Source: a phage
DNA length: 49,526 nucleotides
Sequence record: PZ296778.1
Direction: 5' to 3' (one strand)
This document shows positions 20,656 through 28,907 of the stretch, piece after piece. How positions within the stretch are numbered: position 1 is the first letter of the stretch; each line of letters begins with the position of its first letter. The notes under the pieces were generated by a model. The model searched no databases. It saw nothing but the letters and a program-made list of their open reading frames with translations, and was not told where the DNA came from. The translations under genes were made by a program, and so were the position numbers.

Positions 20656-20924
20656 AAAGTATATATATATCTTGAATCAGATCCAGAAAGCCCACTCCAT
20701 GTAACGGTGTCGCCACTAACCCCTAAGTTTGGTGCGCCAGGGTCGCCACCACGCCAGGAATTCATGCCAACATATATTGCTTTCAATGATTTACCTGGCG
20801 GCCTGTTTTGGTAAGTCTTGCTACCTGATGGCTGAGTGAATTTATCAAGGAAGAAAACAGGCGTTAAAAGTCCTGTAACTTCCCTTCCTCGATCGTCATA
20901 TATTGCATAACCATATTGCGCCAT
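20646..20924 (-). CDS. hypothetical protein
   Basis: 92 aa; start overlaps the lipoprotein stop (TAATG). Confidence 0.4.
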   Translation of the reverse strand: MAQYGYAIYDDRGREVTGLLTPVFFLDKFTQPSGSKTYQNRPPGKSLKAIYVGMNSWRGGDPGAPNLGVSGDTVTWSGLSGSDSRYIYTFWG

Positions 20925-21199
20925 TAATTACACCTCAAATCAATAAATTTACTTTCATTTTGCCAACGGTTGATAAATTTAACTTCTTTATTGTCAACGC
21001 TCAACCTGTATTGCTTTTGGCTGAATCTGTTTTCGCGGACTGCATTAATTTTGACTTCATGGAATCCGTTAACAGGGAATGTTTTAACGTTAAATTTTGC
21101 CGTGCAATCGATCTCCTTGAAGTTGCCAGTAGGCGACGCTGCGCATCCTGTCAGAGCGGCTACAGTGGCGATAACTGCGATTAACTTTTTCATCTTCAA
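20924..21199 (-). CDS. lipoprotein (candidate Cor/Llp-type superinfection exclusion protein)
   Basis: 91 aa; signal peptide plus lipobox (AALTGC); RBS aaggag; first gene of a leftward operon next to the tail genes. Confidence 0.55.
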   Translation of the reverse strand: MKMKKLIAVIATVAALTGCAASPTGNFKEIDCTAKFNVKTFPVNGFHEVKINAVRENRFSQKQYRLSVDNKEVKFINRWQNESKFIDLRCN

Positions 21200-21248
21200 T
21201 ACTCCTTAGTTGTTGTTGGATGCAACTATACACGATCTTGGGCATCGC

Positions 21249-21267
21249 GTTTAGCAAAAAGTGCTAT
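21249..21267 (-). promoter_or_regulatory. conserved intergenic motif copy R3 (variant)
   Basis: GTTTAGCAAAAAGTGCTAT about 50 nt upstream of the minus-strand lipoprotein gene. Confidence 0.55.
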
Positions 21268-21636
21268 TTGTTATTTTTTGTTTTCCGGTGTTATCGAATT
21301 TAAGACGGCGTAAATTTAGCGCAAAATTTAGACAACATAAGATCAATAAACAATCAATAAAATAGATATATACATATAAAATCAATAGTTTATTTATTTA
21401 TGTATGTATATTTGTTTTTTCTTGTTATCTGCGTTTCTTGTGGTTTTGGTTGTTTGTGGTGATTTTTCTTTCTGAGTATCTGTATGTGCCATCATTCATG
21501 TGTATGTATATAATCCGGCGTATCTGAGAGAACATGGGAACAAGAAAAATAACACACATTAATCATTAACTTATGAGTCAAATCTGTTTTCTTGCCATCT
21601 GAGAACGTTTAGAAAACAGAAAAAACAAAACAGCTA

Positions 21637-21664
21637 TTGACTAAATCAACAAAATGGCTACAAT
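21637..21664 (+). promoter_or_regulatory. sigma70-type early promoter for the exonuclease/Erf/SSB module
   Basis: -35 TTGACT, 16-bp spacer, -10 TACAAT; A-tract (gaaaacagaaaaaacaaaa) immediately upstream; about 30 nt before the exonuclease RBS. Confidence 0.6.
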
Positions 21665-21694
21665 GCACGCATAAAGCAACAAGGAGCATTAAAG

Positions 21695-22750
21695 ATGAGT
21701 GATTTTAACGCCTACACTAGCGAAGAAATGAGCAACGAGCTTTATCATGATCCTAACGCGTGGACGGCTGAATATGTCAGCGGTTCCAGCCTAGCGGAGA
21801 TTTACAGCACTTGCCCGGCGTACTGGAAGTACAAGCCGCGCCAGGAAACTAAAGCACTTGTTTTCGGTACGCAGTCGCATACCAACTTTGAAAGCAAGGA
21901 GCTATTCGAAAAAACATATCGCCGCGCACCGTCGCAGGATGATTTTAAAGATCTGATCACTAGTCAAACGGCGTTAGCATCAAAGCTGAAATCTTTTGGC
22001 CTGAAAGGTACAACGGGCAAACAATACCCTGAATTACTGGAAATGCTGTACAAGTGCGGCGAGGATCTCAATGTGTGGTGGCTTATCGAAATGATGGCAG
22101 AATGCCAGGCCGCAGCGGACGGAGTGCAGTTAATAGACGCTAAAGATTATGATGCCTGTGTAGCGATGCGGCGCGTACTTGAGGCCATACCGGAGCATAA
22201 CGCTTGCATGAACAGCCCAACCGCGCAGCGTGAAATGTCAATATTTGGGATCATCAACGGCGTAAAAGTAAAAGTGCGTCTTGATCACGTTGACGTAAAC
22301 AAGGATGTAAAGGCAACAATCATTAACGGTTACGACGAAAAAGGCAGGCCGATTTATGAAGAAGTCACCTATCCAGAAGCGGTGATTATCACTGACTACA
22401 AAACAACGGTTAGCGCAAATCCGGTTGACTTCCAGCGCCTGGCTTACAATCACGGCTATTATCTTAAAATGGCTTTGCAACATGACTTATTCAAAAAGGC
22501 TTATCCAGACGAGGAAAGGCCAGTAATTGTAAGATTGCTTGCGCAGGAGAAGAAAGAGCCTTACTTGCCGCTTGCTTTCCGCATGAATATTGAGCAATTG
22601 AAGATCGGGCGCATCCAGTACATGAGCGTGATCAACAAGTTCAACGTTTGCCAGCAGTTAGACGAATGGCCTTCGTATGCAAACGGGCAACCGGAAATTG
22701 ATCTTGATACTCCTGATTGGGTTCGTGCTCAATTCAGGCATTATCTTTGA
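21695..22750 (+). CDS. exonuclease (PD-(D/E)XK, RecE/YqaJ-like)
   Basis: 351 aa; D...(I)ITDYKT catalytic-type motif; first gene after a strong early promoter; adjacent to Erf and SSB. Confidence 0.55.
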   Translation: MSDFNAYTSEEMSNELYHDPNAWTAEYVSGSSLAEIYSTCPAYWKYKPRQETKALVFGTQSHTNFESKELFEKTYRRAPSQDDFKDLITSQTALASKLKSFGLKGTTGKQYPELLEMLYKCGEDLNVWWLIEMMAECQAAADGVQLIDAKDYDACVAMRRVLEAIPEHNACMNSPTAQREMSIFGIINGVKVKVRLDHVDVNKDVKATIINGYDEKGRPIYEEVTYPEAVIITDYKTTVSANPVDFQRLAYNHGYYLKMALQHDLFKKAYPDEERPVIVRLLAQEKKEPYLPLAFRMNIEQLKIGRIQYMSVINKFNVCQQLDEWPSYANGQPEIDLDTPDWVRAQFRHYL

Positions 22751-22825
22751 TAAACTAAACAAATAGCTAAACTTTTATAATGGTTGGTGATATAATTCGC
22801 CAACCAGATAACGGGAGAATGAGAA

Positions 22826-23083
22826 ATGACAGACAAAGACAATGCCACATTATTGCATTTAGAACGATTCATTGATCGAGTAACCATTGCAATGAAAGAA
22901 TTTATTAAGCCGATGAACATTAAAGAGTCGGAAGAAATGAAGACTTACATCAAGGACGTGGTTGCATCCATTGACAACGTTATCCTTGTTGCAACGATGA
23001 GCAAGGGAAACAAAGAGCGCGAGAGGTTGGTTGCTGAATCAACAGAAGAATTTATTAAAATGCTTGAAAGCGAGAAGGAATAA
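22826..23083 (+). CDS. hypothetical protein
   Basis: 85-aa ORF between exonuclease and Erf; RBS present. Confidence 0.4.
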   Translation: MTDKDNATLLHLERFIDRVTIAMKEFIKPMNIKESEEMKTYIKDVVASIDNVILVATMSKGNKERERLVAESTEEFIKMLESEKE

Positions 23084-23740
<657 letters not shown>

Positions 23741-23745
23741 TAAAC

Positions 23746-23766
23746 GGGGCGCTTGCGCCCCTTTTG
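23746..23766 (+). terminator. intrinsic terminator / hairpin after Erf gene
   Basis: GGGGCGC-ttg-CGCCCC hairpin followed by TTTTG; near-duplicate of the element at 8085-8104. Confidence 0.5.
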
Positions 23767-23783
23767 TCATAGGAGAAAACAAA

Positions 23784-24236
23784 ATGCACGTTATTACAGG
23801 TGAGATTCGAAAAGAGCCAAAAGTAAAGCAAATGCCTAACGGCAGCACGCTATATGTTATTGATCTTTCCGAGCGATACAAAGACCGAGAAGGAAATTGG
23901 CAGTATACAAACTATGTGTTTTTCTTTAACGCGAAAACAGACGGCCTGAATGGTTGGTATGCCGAGGCGTTCCAGGTAGGCAAGGTTGTTTCTGTTTCCT
24001 GCGATACCTTGCGAGTTGAAACGCGAGAATACAACGGAAAGATTTACAGCACCGTGCAGCCTGGCGGATTTGCAAACTTGCTATTTAGCCAGAGAGGTGA
24101 AAGCCAGCAACAATATCAGCAGCGAACGCAAGGAGGCTGGGGGCAACCACAACAGCAACAGCAACAAAATACTCAACAGCAGCCGCAGCAAAGCAATCAG
24201 CCTCCGATTGACTTTGACGATGATATACCATTCTGA
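23784..24236 (+). CDS. ssb: single-stranded DNA-binding protein
   Basis: OB-fold-like N-terminus, Gln/Gly-rich linker, C-terminal acidic tail DFDDDIPF; start at MHVITGE after RBS ggagaaaacaaa. Confidence 0.85.
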   Translation: MHVITGEIRKEPKVKQMPNGSTLYVIDLSERYKDREGNWQYTNYVFFFNAKTDGLNGWYAEAFQVGKVVSVSCDTLRVETREYNGKIYSTVQPGGFANLLFSQRGESQQQYQQRTQGGWGQPQQQQQQNTQQQPQQSNQPPIDFDDDIPF

Positions 24237-24246
24237 TAACAAAAAG

Positions 24247-24270
24247 CCCCGCATATGCGGGGCATTTTTT
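24247..24270. terminator. bidirectional terminator between SSB (+) and tail fibre (-) genes
   Basis: CCCCGC-atat-GCGGGG hairpin with A-run upstream and T-run downstream. Confidence 0.75.
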
Positions 24271-25006
24271 AGTCTAACGTGGTTGGTTTGTTTACCAGTG
24301 CCGCTACAACCGCTTTTAGCTCGTCAATTTCTTTTCTCATCTCATCGTTTTCCGCTTTCAGTTTCTTAACGTGGTGAATCAGTGGAACAGTTAGGCGGTC
24401 ATACATAACGCCTTCCGCCACCATGCCATTACTTGAAGCAATGGCAGGATCTTCTCCTTCTTGCAGCGGTCGCCAGTGAACGTACTCCGGCGCAATTTCT
24501 CCAACCTCTTCCGCGATTAGCCCGTACCATCCCCAATCTTTACGGTCGCTTTCACAGGTTGACCGATACCACACAGGACGCATTTCAAGCATCAGATCCG
24601 CATATTCATCAATAACCGATTCTACGCTGCGCTTATAACGAGAATAGGAAGTGGAGCGTAAAACTTGCGACACTCCAGCATTTGGATCAAGCCATAAGTT
24701 TGCTGATTGAGAGGTTGTGTTTAGTCTAAACAAATAAAATTTCTCGTTACCAGTCAGGGGGTAAAAACTGCCACCATACCTTCCGCTATCCAACTCGGAC
24801 GATAGATCATTTTGTTTTAGATACAACTTCAACTTATTGTCAACATCAGTAGTTGATGCTTTTCCTGCAACATCCTGTTTTAGTGTCGAAACATCACTTT
24901 TCAGCTTCGTTATATCACCAGGAATAGTAGCAACATCCTGTTTTAGTGTTGAAACGTCATTTTTCAGCTTCGTTATATCACTAGGTATAACAGTGACTGT
25001 AGCCAT
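24269..25006 (-). CDS. tail fibre protein with C-terminal intramolecular chaperone (peptidase S74-like)
   Basis: 245 aa; N-terminal 21-aa tandem repeats (DITKLKNDVSTLKQDVA twice); C-terminal SDRKDWGWYG segment resembling the autoproteolytic chaperone of fibre proteins. Confidence 0.5.
   Translation of the reverse strand: MATVTVIPSDITKLKNDVSTLKQDVATIPGDITKLKSDVSTLKQDVAGKASTTDVDNKLKLYLKQNDLSSELDSGRYGGSFYPLTGNEKFYLFRLNTTSQSANLWLDPNAGVSQVLRSTSYSRYKRSVESVIDEYADLMLEMRPVWYRSTCESDRKDWGWYGLIAEEVGEIAPEYVHWRPLQEGEDPAIASSNGMVAEGVMYDRLTVPLIHHVKKLKAENDEMRKEIDELKAVVAALVNKPTTLD
24867..24985 (-). repeat. 63-bp imperfect tandem repeat in tail fibre gene
   Basis: Two about 63-bp units encoding the 21-aa repeat DITKLK(N/S)DVSTLKQDVA. 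Confidence 0.6.
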
Positions 25007-25018
25007 TTTCCTAACTCC

Positions 25019-25342
25019 TTAAGCCCATTCTCTAATAGGCTGATCTAACTCAACCACGTATCCATTAAAAATTACGGCATCAAACTTATCATCAATGATT
25101 CGCACATTAACGAAATAGCCGTCGTTCTTTCGCGCAATCTCCTCGCCATCGTCAGATCGTGCAATTACTGTATAAGTATTGCCGATTACATCGAGCAGGA
25201 TTGCATCCTGAATGGATTCGTTATCATCCCAATTAATTTTTCCTAAAAAGGCCGAAAACTCGGCCTTGTCTGAAAATTTTAATGTTAAATCACGCATTAA
25301 ACAATTTCCCCCAATTGATGATCTGTTAGTGCCTTGTGCCAT
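25019..25342 (-). CDS. hypothetical protein (tail fibre associated)
   Basis: 107-aa ORF between the two fibre genes, overlapping the upstream gene end. Confidence 0.35.
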   Translation of the reverse strand: MAQGTNRSSIGGNCLMRDLTLKFSDKAEFSAFLGKINWDDNESIQDAILLDVIGNTYTVIARSDDGEEIARKNDGYFVNVRIIDDKFDAVIFNGYVVELDQPIREWA

Positions 25343-27252
25343 ATACGGAAGTTTCTAACGTGCCCGAAAAGATGACGTTCTCCCGTAGTTGTTTGTCCGC
25401 CAATCCTTATAGTAGCCGTCGATCTTATGTATCTCCATTCCGCTTTTGATTCGCTTGATATTATGGAATTACTTACACAACAAGTATTGTAATCACTCTT
25501 TACTCTCATTCCCATGATCATCTTTTTTAGTTTCGCATTCTCGTAAACCCTTCGGTTTGAGTTACCTATGTCGCAATAAGGGAATCCGTCATTATCGCCT
25601 TCGGCAGACCCGAAAGCAAGAATTATTGCCGCTCCGGTTTGATGGCCGGATGTATCAAAAACACGTGGCGCAGCGTTTGGCGTTATACTCCAGTTTTTAT
25701 GAGCTTCCACAAGCACTGTAAACGGCAAATTGTAAAGGTTGTTTTTTATTGGCAATGTAACCATATCGCTTGCCCTTGTTGTCGGACTTTTATTAGTTAT
25801 AATGAATGATGAAGCGCAAGATCCAACCTCTACTTGAGGAGTTGTTAAATCCATAAAGCTATTTTCATCAAAAACTTCTCCTTGTTTATTAACGACCTGT
25901 ATTACCCCCCTAATGTAAGTTGATTCATCAGTAACTTTGTAAACTATTTCTGCAAAAATCCATTCCCCGTCTATGGTAGCGTTCTTTAGCACTATGTTTT
26001 TTGCGTCAACTCCAGAAGTTGCCACCCCTAAGTTATCGCAATCAATAATAGCAGAAGCAACAGAAGATAAAGGATCTCCCTTGTCAAATCTTGCTGCAAA
26101 TCTTACATTTTTCCCCTTAGCCCTAAAAGATATTGTAACTCCATCACCCTTTACAACTGCAATCTTATTTGCAGTAGGTCCAGCTATAATAGTGTAATAG
26201 CCTACGCCACCTAAATATTCCCCTGGTTTAAATGTTGCATACTTAAACCCCCTTTCATCAGTCTTAGTTTCACCTCTTTCTAATCCTGGATTTGGATTCC
26301 ATGATTCAGGCTTATTTGAATTTACAAAATAGTTTGTTCTCTGCCCTTCAATCAAAAGACCATCCTTTTCAAATCTAGGTTCATCAATAGCAGCATCAGT
26401 AAGCAACCCAGACTTATTAATGTAAGTAGCGGTTGATGCACGTTTAAACTTAACAATATTGTCACCTGGCATCGTTATCTCATCATCACCTATGACAATC
26501 TTTTTGTATGACGGCGAGAATCCGGTGATCATATCCAGGGAATCATTAAATGGTATCCACACGTCAGGTAGAGGCTGCAATAAATCTTTGTAAGGTTCTG
26601 CGGCCTGTTTTGCGTATTCCTCCGCTTGATCTCGCGCACTTTCAGCGCCTGCCTTTGCGGTGTTCGCAGCATCACGCGCAGTTTCAGCGCCTTTTCTTGC
26701 AGTTTCAGCGCCAGTCTTTGCAGTGTTTGCAGCGTCGCGCGCGGATTCAGCGGCAGCCTTTGCAGTGTCAGCACCTTTCTTGCTATTCTCTGCATTTGTT
26801 GCGCTTGTCTTTGCGTTATTCTCGCTAGTTTTAGCTGCCTTCTGGCTTGCTGCGGCTGCGTCAGCATTTGTCTTTACGTCTTCCTGGATCTTCTGTAGCT
26901 TATCCCAATCAAAATCCTTGATGATCTCAATAAATCCAGCAAACTCCGATTCCTTCCCCTGGTAATAACGCAACGTTTCCGCTACGTCTTGCGCAAGACC
27001 GTCAACCGTTAACGAGTCATGAAGCAAGATCAGGTAATTTGTCTTCTGTACTACCGCGCCTCCAGTAGTAATTGCGCGAATGCTTGTATCGCTAATCACT
27101 TCTGTAATCACAGCAGCTTGCAAAGGTTGAGCAAGAAAGAAAATAGTTGCACCTGGGCGAATCAAGGTTAATTGCTCACGCCATTTTGTACCGTAACCAG
27201 TTACATAACCTTGCGCGTCCATAGACGCTTGGCCTTGTCTGTAAATCGCCAT
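25297..27252 (-). CDS. tail fibre protein
   Basis: About 650 aa; start moved to ATG after perfect RBS aggagg (track start is a GTG inside the motif); alanine-rich repeat block (AETARKGAETARDAANTAKAGAESARD) then a variable C-terminal domain. Confidence 0.55.
   Translation of the reverse strand: MAIYRQGQASMDAQGYVTGYGTKWREQLTLIRPGATIFFLAQPLQAAVITEVISDTSIRAITTGGAVVQKTNYLILLHDSLTVDGLAQDVAETLRYYQGKESEFAGFIEIIKDFDWDKLQKIQEDVKTNADAAAASQKAAKTSENNAKTSATNAENSKKGADTAKAAAESARDAANTAKTGAETARKGAETARDAANTAKAGAESARDQAEEYAKQAAEPYKDLLQPLPDVWIPFNDSLDMITGFSPSYKKIVIGDDEITMPGDNIVKFKRASTATYINKSGLLTDAAIDEPRFEKDGLLIEGQRTNYFVNSNKPESWNPNPGLERGETKTDERGFKYATFKPGEYLGGVGYYTIIAGPTANKIAVVKGDGVTISFRAKGKNVRFAARFDKGDPLSSVASAIIDCDNLGVATSGVDAKNIVLKNATIDGEWIFAEIVYKVTDESTYIRGVIQVVNKQGEVFDENSFMDLTTPQVEVGSCASSFIITNKSPTTRASDMVTLPIKNNLYNLPFTVLVEAHKNWSITPNAAPRVFDTSGHQTGAAIILAFGSAEGDNDGFPYCDIGNSNRRVYENAKLKKMIMGMRVKSDYNTCCVSNSIISSESKAEWRYIRSTATIRIGGQTTTGERHLFGHVRNFRIWHKALTDHQLGEIV
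26600..26870 (-). repeat. short-period repeat block encoding an alanine-rich region of the tail fibre
   Basis: Reiterated tttcagcgcc / tttgcagtgt units; encodes repeated AETAR/DAANTAK-type peptide units. Confidence 0.55.
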
Positions 27253-27269
27253 TTGTAAAATCCTCCTAA

Positions 27270-27289
27270 ATAGCACTTTTTGCTAATGA
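27270..27289 (+). promoter_or_regulatory. conserved intergenic motif copy F1 (variant)
   Basis: ATAGCACTTTTTGCTAATGA abutting the RBS of the minus-strand tail fibre gene. Confidence 0.55.
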
Positions 27290-27317
27290 CAATGCAGATA
27301 ATAGCATTTTCAAGTGC

Positions 27318-27342
27318 AAAAAAAAACCCCGCATAAGCGGGG
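27318..27342 (-). terminator. intrinsic terminator after primase gene
   Basis: On the minus strand, CCCCGC-ttat-GCGGGG hairpin followed by T9. Confidence 0.75.
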
Positions 27343-27358
27343 CAATACTAGCGGAGTT

Positions 27359-28288
27359 TTATAGCAGTGATTCGGGCTTGTAGAGTTTTCTTTCTACTCC
27401 CTGTTTAAAATTATCGTTAACAGGCATCATTATGTCAAGCCCTCTTTCCTCTGCCGCGATTATCACATCACGATCATCTTTCCGGCAGACTACGCGCATT
27501 CTTCTTTCTCCTTTATATCTATGCGCAACCATTTCAAGATTTGAAGGAGTAAAACAGGCCCACACCTCTTGACCAGTTGATAAATGAACATGCTGAGAAT
27601 CAACCCAATCAAGGCACAAATAGATCGTCTTATCTGTACTACCTGTTTTAACAACAGATCCGCGCGTGTAGTCGCGAGCTAAAAACCAATCCTTTCCATC
27701 CTCATCAATGAAAAGCACGTTACACATTTCATCATCCAGCCCGTCATCATGCACCAGGTGACAAGGTAGCGCGTGAATGTATCGACCATCCTTGACGCCG
27801 CAATCATAATGACAATCTTCCGGCGGATATATCCCCTCATAAACGCTTAAAGGTGTGCGATCGAATTTTAATGTTTTTGCCATCACTTTTTCGCAACATT
27901 CATGACTTGCCTGTTTCCCGAACGAGTAACCAGAAGAACGCGAAGCGCGTTTGTTTGCTCTGATCCTGTAATCTTGTGGCACTTTTCCGAGGAAGCGGCC
28001 CAAAATGTTTATGGCCTCGCTGTAAGGTTCGCCAGTTAATTTCATTAACCAACCGATCCCCGTGTCGTTGCCGCACACGTTGCAGATCGCGCCGCCGTCG
28101 CCCTCTTCATTTAGCTTATCAGTCCATCTAAAACGATCCTTACCGCCGCAGTGTGGGCAAGGTTGATGCTTTTTGTTGAAAACATCGCTATGCAGCCCGC
28201 AAATGCTTTGTAGTGCTTCACGCCATAACCCCTTCATATATGGCAAAACATCTTCTTTCTGATAGGTCATAAAGTTTTCAGTATTCAT
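27359..28288 (-). CDS. DNA primase (zinc-ribbon type, putative)
   Basis: Zinc-binding CPHCGG...CNVCG; start moved to MNTENF after RBS gagg; intrinsic terminator separates it from the upstream HTH gene; co-located with the helicase. Confidence 0.5.
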   Translation of the reverse strand: MNTENFMTYQKEDVLPYMKGLWREALQSICGLHSDVFNKKHQPCPHCGGKDRFRWTDKLNEEGDGGAICNVCGNDTGIGWLMKLTGEPYSEAINILGRFLGKVPQDYRIRANKRASRSSGYSFGKQASHECCEKVMAKTLKFDRTPLSVYEGIYPPEDCHYDCGVKDGRYIHALPCHLVHDDGLDDEMCNVLFIDEDGKDWFLARDYTRGSVVKTGSTDKTIYLCLDWVDSQHVHLSTGQEVWACFTPSNLEMVAHRYKGERRMRVVCRKDDRDVIIAAEERGLDIMMPVNDNFKQGVERKLYKPESLL

Positions 28289-28301
28289 GGCAAACCTCAA
28301 T

Positions 28302-28337
28302 AAAAAAGCCCAGCAAATATTATCATTTCGCTGGGCC
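28302..28337 (-). terminator. intrinsic terminator after HTH gene
   Basis: On the minus strand, GCCCAGC...GCTGGGC hairpin followed by T6, then the primase RBS. Confidence 0.6.
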
Positions 28338-28343
28338 TTATCA

Positions 28344-28820
28344 TTAGCTATTCGTGCTGTTATCACCTTTGTAGAATCTTCCGCCTGGTTCGTAGTCTGA
28401 ATTTTTGACTACGCGCAACATTTCGTATTTGTCGCAACGGGTAGTAAGAGGCTTGCCGTTAGAATCAAACCGCAGATCTGGACGACAAAACGAGGCGCGG
28501 TATCCTTTGCATCCATTATATTTGTAGTCGTTATGCACCTTTTGTGCTCCAGCGGCTGAAATCATACCACGCTTTCGCCATTGGTTAACGACTTGCTGAG
28601 ATACGCGCAGACGTCGAGCCATAGCAGGAACGCCGCCGTAATACTCGATCAGAATGTCAAGGCGAGATTTCAGGCTTGCTTTTACCTCATCTCGCAGGAT
28701 AAGAAATCCGGTTCGGTGTTTTCGTGGTTTTTTGTCTTTACCTCGTCGCGTTCCGTTGTTACCGTTAATAGTGCGCTTGTCGATCTCACCCGTAGATACT
28801 GCAATTCGTGCATCTTTCAT
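28344..28820 (-). CDS. HTH DNA-binding protein (putative regulator)
   Basis: 158 aa; Xre-like helix-turn-helix (ARRLRVSQQVVNQWRKRG); RBS gaggtg; transcribed divergently from the helicase. Confidence 0.45.
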   Translation of the reverse strand: MKDARIAVSTGEIDKRTINGNNGTRRGKDKKPRKHRTGFLILRDEVKASLKSRLDILIEYYGGVPAMARRLRVSQQVVNQWRKRGMISAAGAQKVHNDYKYNGCKGYRASFCRPDLRFDSNGKPLTTRCDKYEMLRVVKNSDYEPGGRFYKGDNSTNS

Positions 28821-28831
28821 CTAGTCACCTC

Positions 28832-28851
28832 ATAGCATTTTTTGTTAAAAC
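28832..28851 (+). promoter_or_regulatory. conserved intergenic motif copy F2 (variant)
   Basis: ATAGCATTTTTTGTTAAAAC in the divergent region upstream of the helicase gene. Confidence 0.55.
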
Positions 28852-28907
28852 AGTTTATTGTAATGAGTATATTATATACTCCAAATGGCATTTTTTAAAG
28901 GTTTAAG

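Larger units (their letters stand above)
21200..21694. promoter_or_regulatory. AT-rich non-coding control region (divergent promoter hub, candidate origin)
   Basis: About 495 bp without a convincing ORF; ATCAATA-type short repeats, two imperfect 35-bp direct repeats (atctgaga...aacaaaa), GT-rich tract, motif copy R3 and the promoter at 21637. Confidence 0.5.

Noticed and set aside
20640-20660. Canonical programmed -1 frameshift at the T5G5 run
   Set aside because: The sequence does not fit the X_XXY_YYZ slippery pattern in the upstream frame. A homopolymer sequencing error or two separate genes are more likely, so it is reported only as a low-interest finding.
26529-26965. ORFs on both strands within the tail fibre repeat block (26529-26867, 26550-26828, 26626-26898, 26660-26965)
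   Set aside because: Artefacts of the low-complexity alanine-rich repeat coding region; the long minus-strand fibre ORF explains the sequence.
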